Positions 62,671-64,000 of a stretch of DNA of 64,000 nucleotides are shown in pieces. Position 1 is the first letter of the stretch, and each line of letters starts with the position of its first letter. Source of the stretch: Vicugna vicugna (lineage: Eukaryota); NCBI GenBank assembly GCA_013265495.1, contig MU058213.1, forward strand, positions 5,227,149-5,291,148, in the 5' to 3' direction. The notes under the pieces were generated by a model, which ran no database searches, was not told the origin of the DNA, and was given only the letters and a program-made list of their open reading frames with translations. The position numbers were made by a program, and so were the translations under genes.

Positions 62671-64000
62671 ACGTGAGGGCCGAGGCGCGGGGGGCTGGTC
62701 CATCCTACCTAGGACGCCCCGGCGCGGCCCCGATTTACATAAAGCCCGCCGCCTGCGCCGCGCGGCCGGGACGCTCGGGGCCCACGGTCAAGTGCGCCCG
62801 GCGCTTCTCCCCACCCTCCGGCCGCGGGGACCAGCCCACGCCCACGCCGCCGCCGCTGTCCTCGACGGCGGGAGCGCAAACCTGAGCCGCGACCGCTCGC
62901 GGCTCAGCCGGCGGGACCGGCCTCTCTCTGAACCGGGCAGTGTCGGCGGGAGGCACACCTTGGCCGATGTCGGGCGCAGGTCGTGGCCCCGGAAGCCTGG
63001 CCGGCGGGGACGGGCGGGGTACCCAAGTGGCCCGGCACTGATTAGGCCCCGAGAGTGGGACGCAGTGTCGGCGGGAGAAGCCCCGGGCGCTGAGGGGGCC
63101 GGACCGAGAATGGGGCGAGTGACGCTGCAGCGGGAGCGGAGATCCCCTTCGGCACGGGGCCCGCGGAAGCCCGGCTCCCCTCCTCTCCCGAGGACCAGCG
63201 GGGCGCCCTCCGCTTTCCTTCTCCGGGCAGGATCGCCGGGCCCTCGGCCGCGACCCCGCCCCACGCACACCCACTCCCCGAAACCGGGCCCAATATGCGC
63301 GGTAGCCACAGGGTCAGGGACCGGTAGTGATGAGCGAGAGTCCTTCGCCCCACACTTAAAATGAGGATCCCCAGGAGCGGGTCGACGCCGCGCGTCCCTC
63401 GCCAGGACTCTCCCGCCCAGCTGCTGCCCTCTGCTGGCGGGACGGCTCCGGGCGGTCTGGGCTGCGCCGGGAGGATGGGGCCTTGGTCCTCATTCGCTCC
63501 AGAGTTGCAAGTTGCATTGGCCCCTCTGGTCTTTCTCGGATCCCTCTTTCCAACCCTTACTCTCTTCGCCCCCAAACACATAGGAACACACTAGTTTTGC
63601 TTTTCTGTTGTTCTTCACGCTAACAGCTATCATCCTGCCAGACACAGGGCTTTTCACTTAACTGCCCCTTTGTGGTTGAACTCCCATAACTATACCCTGC
63701 TAAATTAAGCGTTTCCTTAGCTCCAACAGGTTTTCTTCTTGTTTGTGAGACTCTAGAGGTCAGCATATAGGTCTACATCAAGAACACAGAGACCCCATGT
63801 CAGAATGGGCTTTGGGCTCAGTAGGCTAAATCTGAGGTCCAGATTAAAAAGACCTTTATAGATCACTTCGCCTCCTCACTCCCAATGTAAACCTGGCAGT
63901 GGGCTACTGATTCCTACCTTAATTGCCATTTTCCGAGTCCTTTTCTTCGGATGTTAAGTGTCAGCCAGAAAAGACCCTGCCTTAGATAATTTTAGTAATT

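Larger units (their letters stand above)
61880..63500. promoter_or_regulatory. CpG island spanning promoter, exon 1 and start of intron 1
   Basis: Abrupt switch to very GC- and CpG-rich sequence against the AT-rich, CpG-depleted background. Confidence 0.93.

Noticed and set aside
62402..63364. 320-aa plus-strand ORF and the other long overlapping ORFs in 61783-63594
   Set aside because: Arg/Gly/Pro/Ala-rich translations in several frames are expected in a stop-poor CpG island. There is no recognisable domain and several lack a true ATG start. A divergent non-coding transcript is possible but cannot be shown from sequence.

Overview
Mammalian genomic DNA, probably camelid: it carries a Vic-1-like tRNA-Ala-derived SINE and young L1 3' ends of the type I associate with camelids. 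The window holds the 5' half of ALDH1A2 (RALDH2, retinaldehyde dehydrogenase 2) on the minus strand. This comprises a CpG-island promoter with TATA and CCAAT boxes (~62.6 kb) and coding exons 1-7, which give 798 nt or 266 codons with all GT-AG junctions and an open frame. Exons 8 onward, including the catalytic Glu/Cys, lie beyond position 1. The rest is intron filled with L1, L2, MIR, hAT-Charlie/MER elements, a decayed piggyBac-like (Looper) fossil, microsatellites and one 25-N assembly gap. I found no convincing novel protein-coding system; nearly all ORF-track entries are repeat-derived or spurious. The most interesting signals are: (i) motif-dense candidate enhancers in intron 1 (Pbx-Hox/Meis, TCF/Cdx, Sox-Oct); (ii) a GATA site in the 179-bp intron 2 matching the known cryptic short-isoform promoter; (iii) a series of very short L1 3'-tip insertions with clean target-site duplications; (iv) the piggyBac fossil; and (v) an L1 that is both RT-deleted and 3'-truncated. 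Repeat family names come from recalled consensus sequences and their boundaries are approximate.
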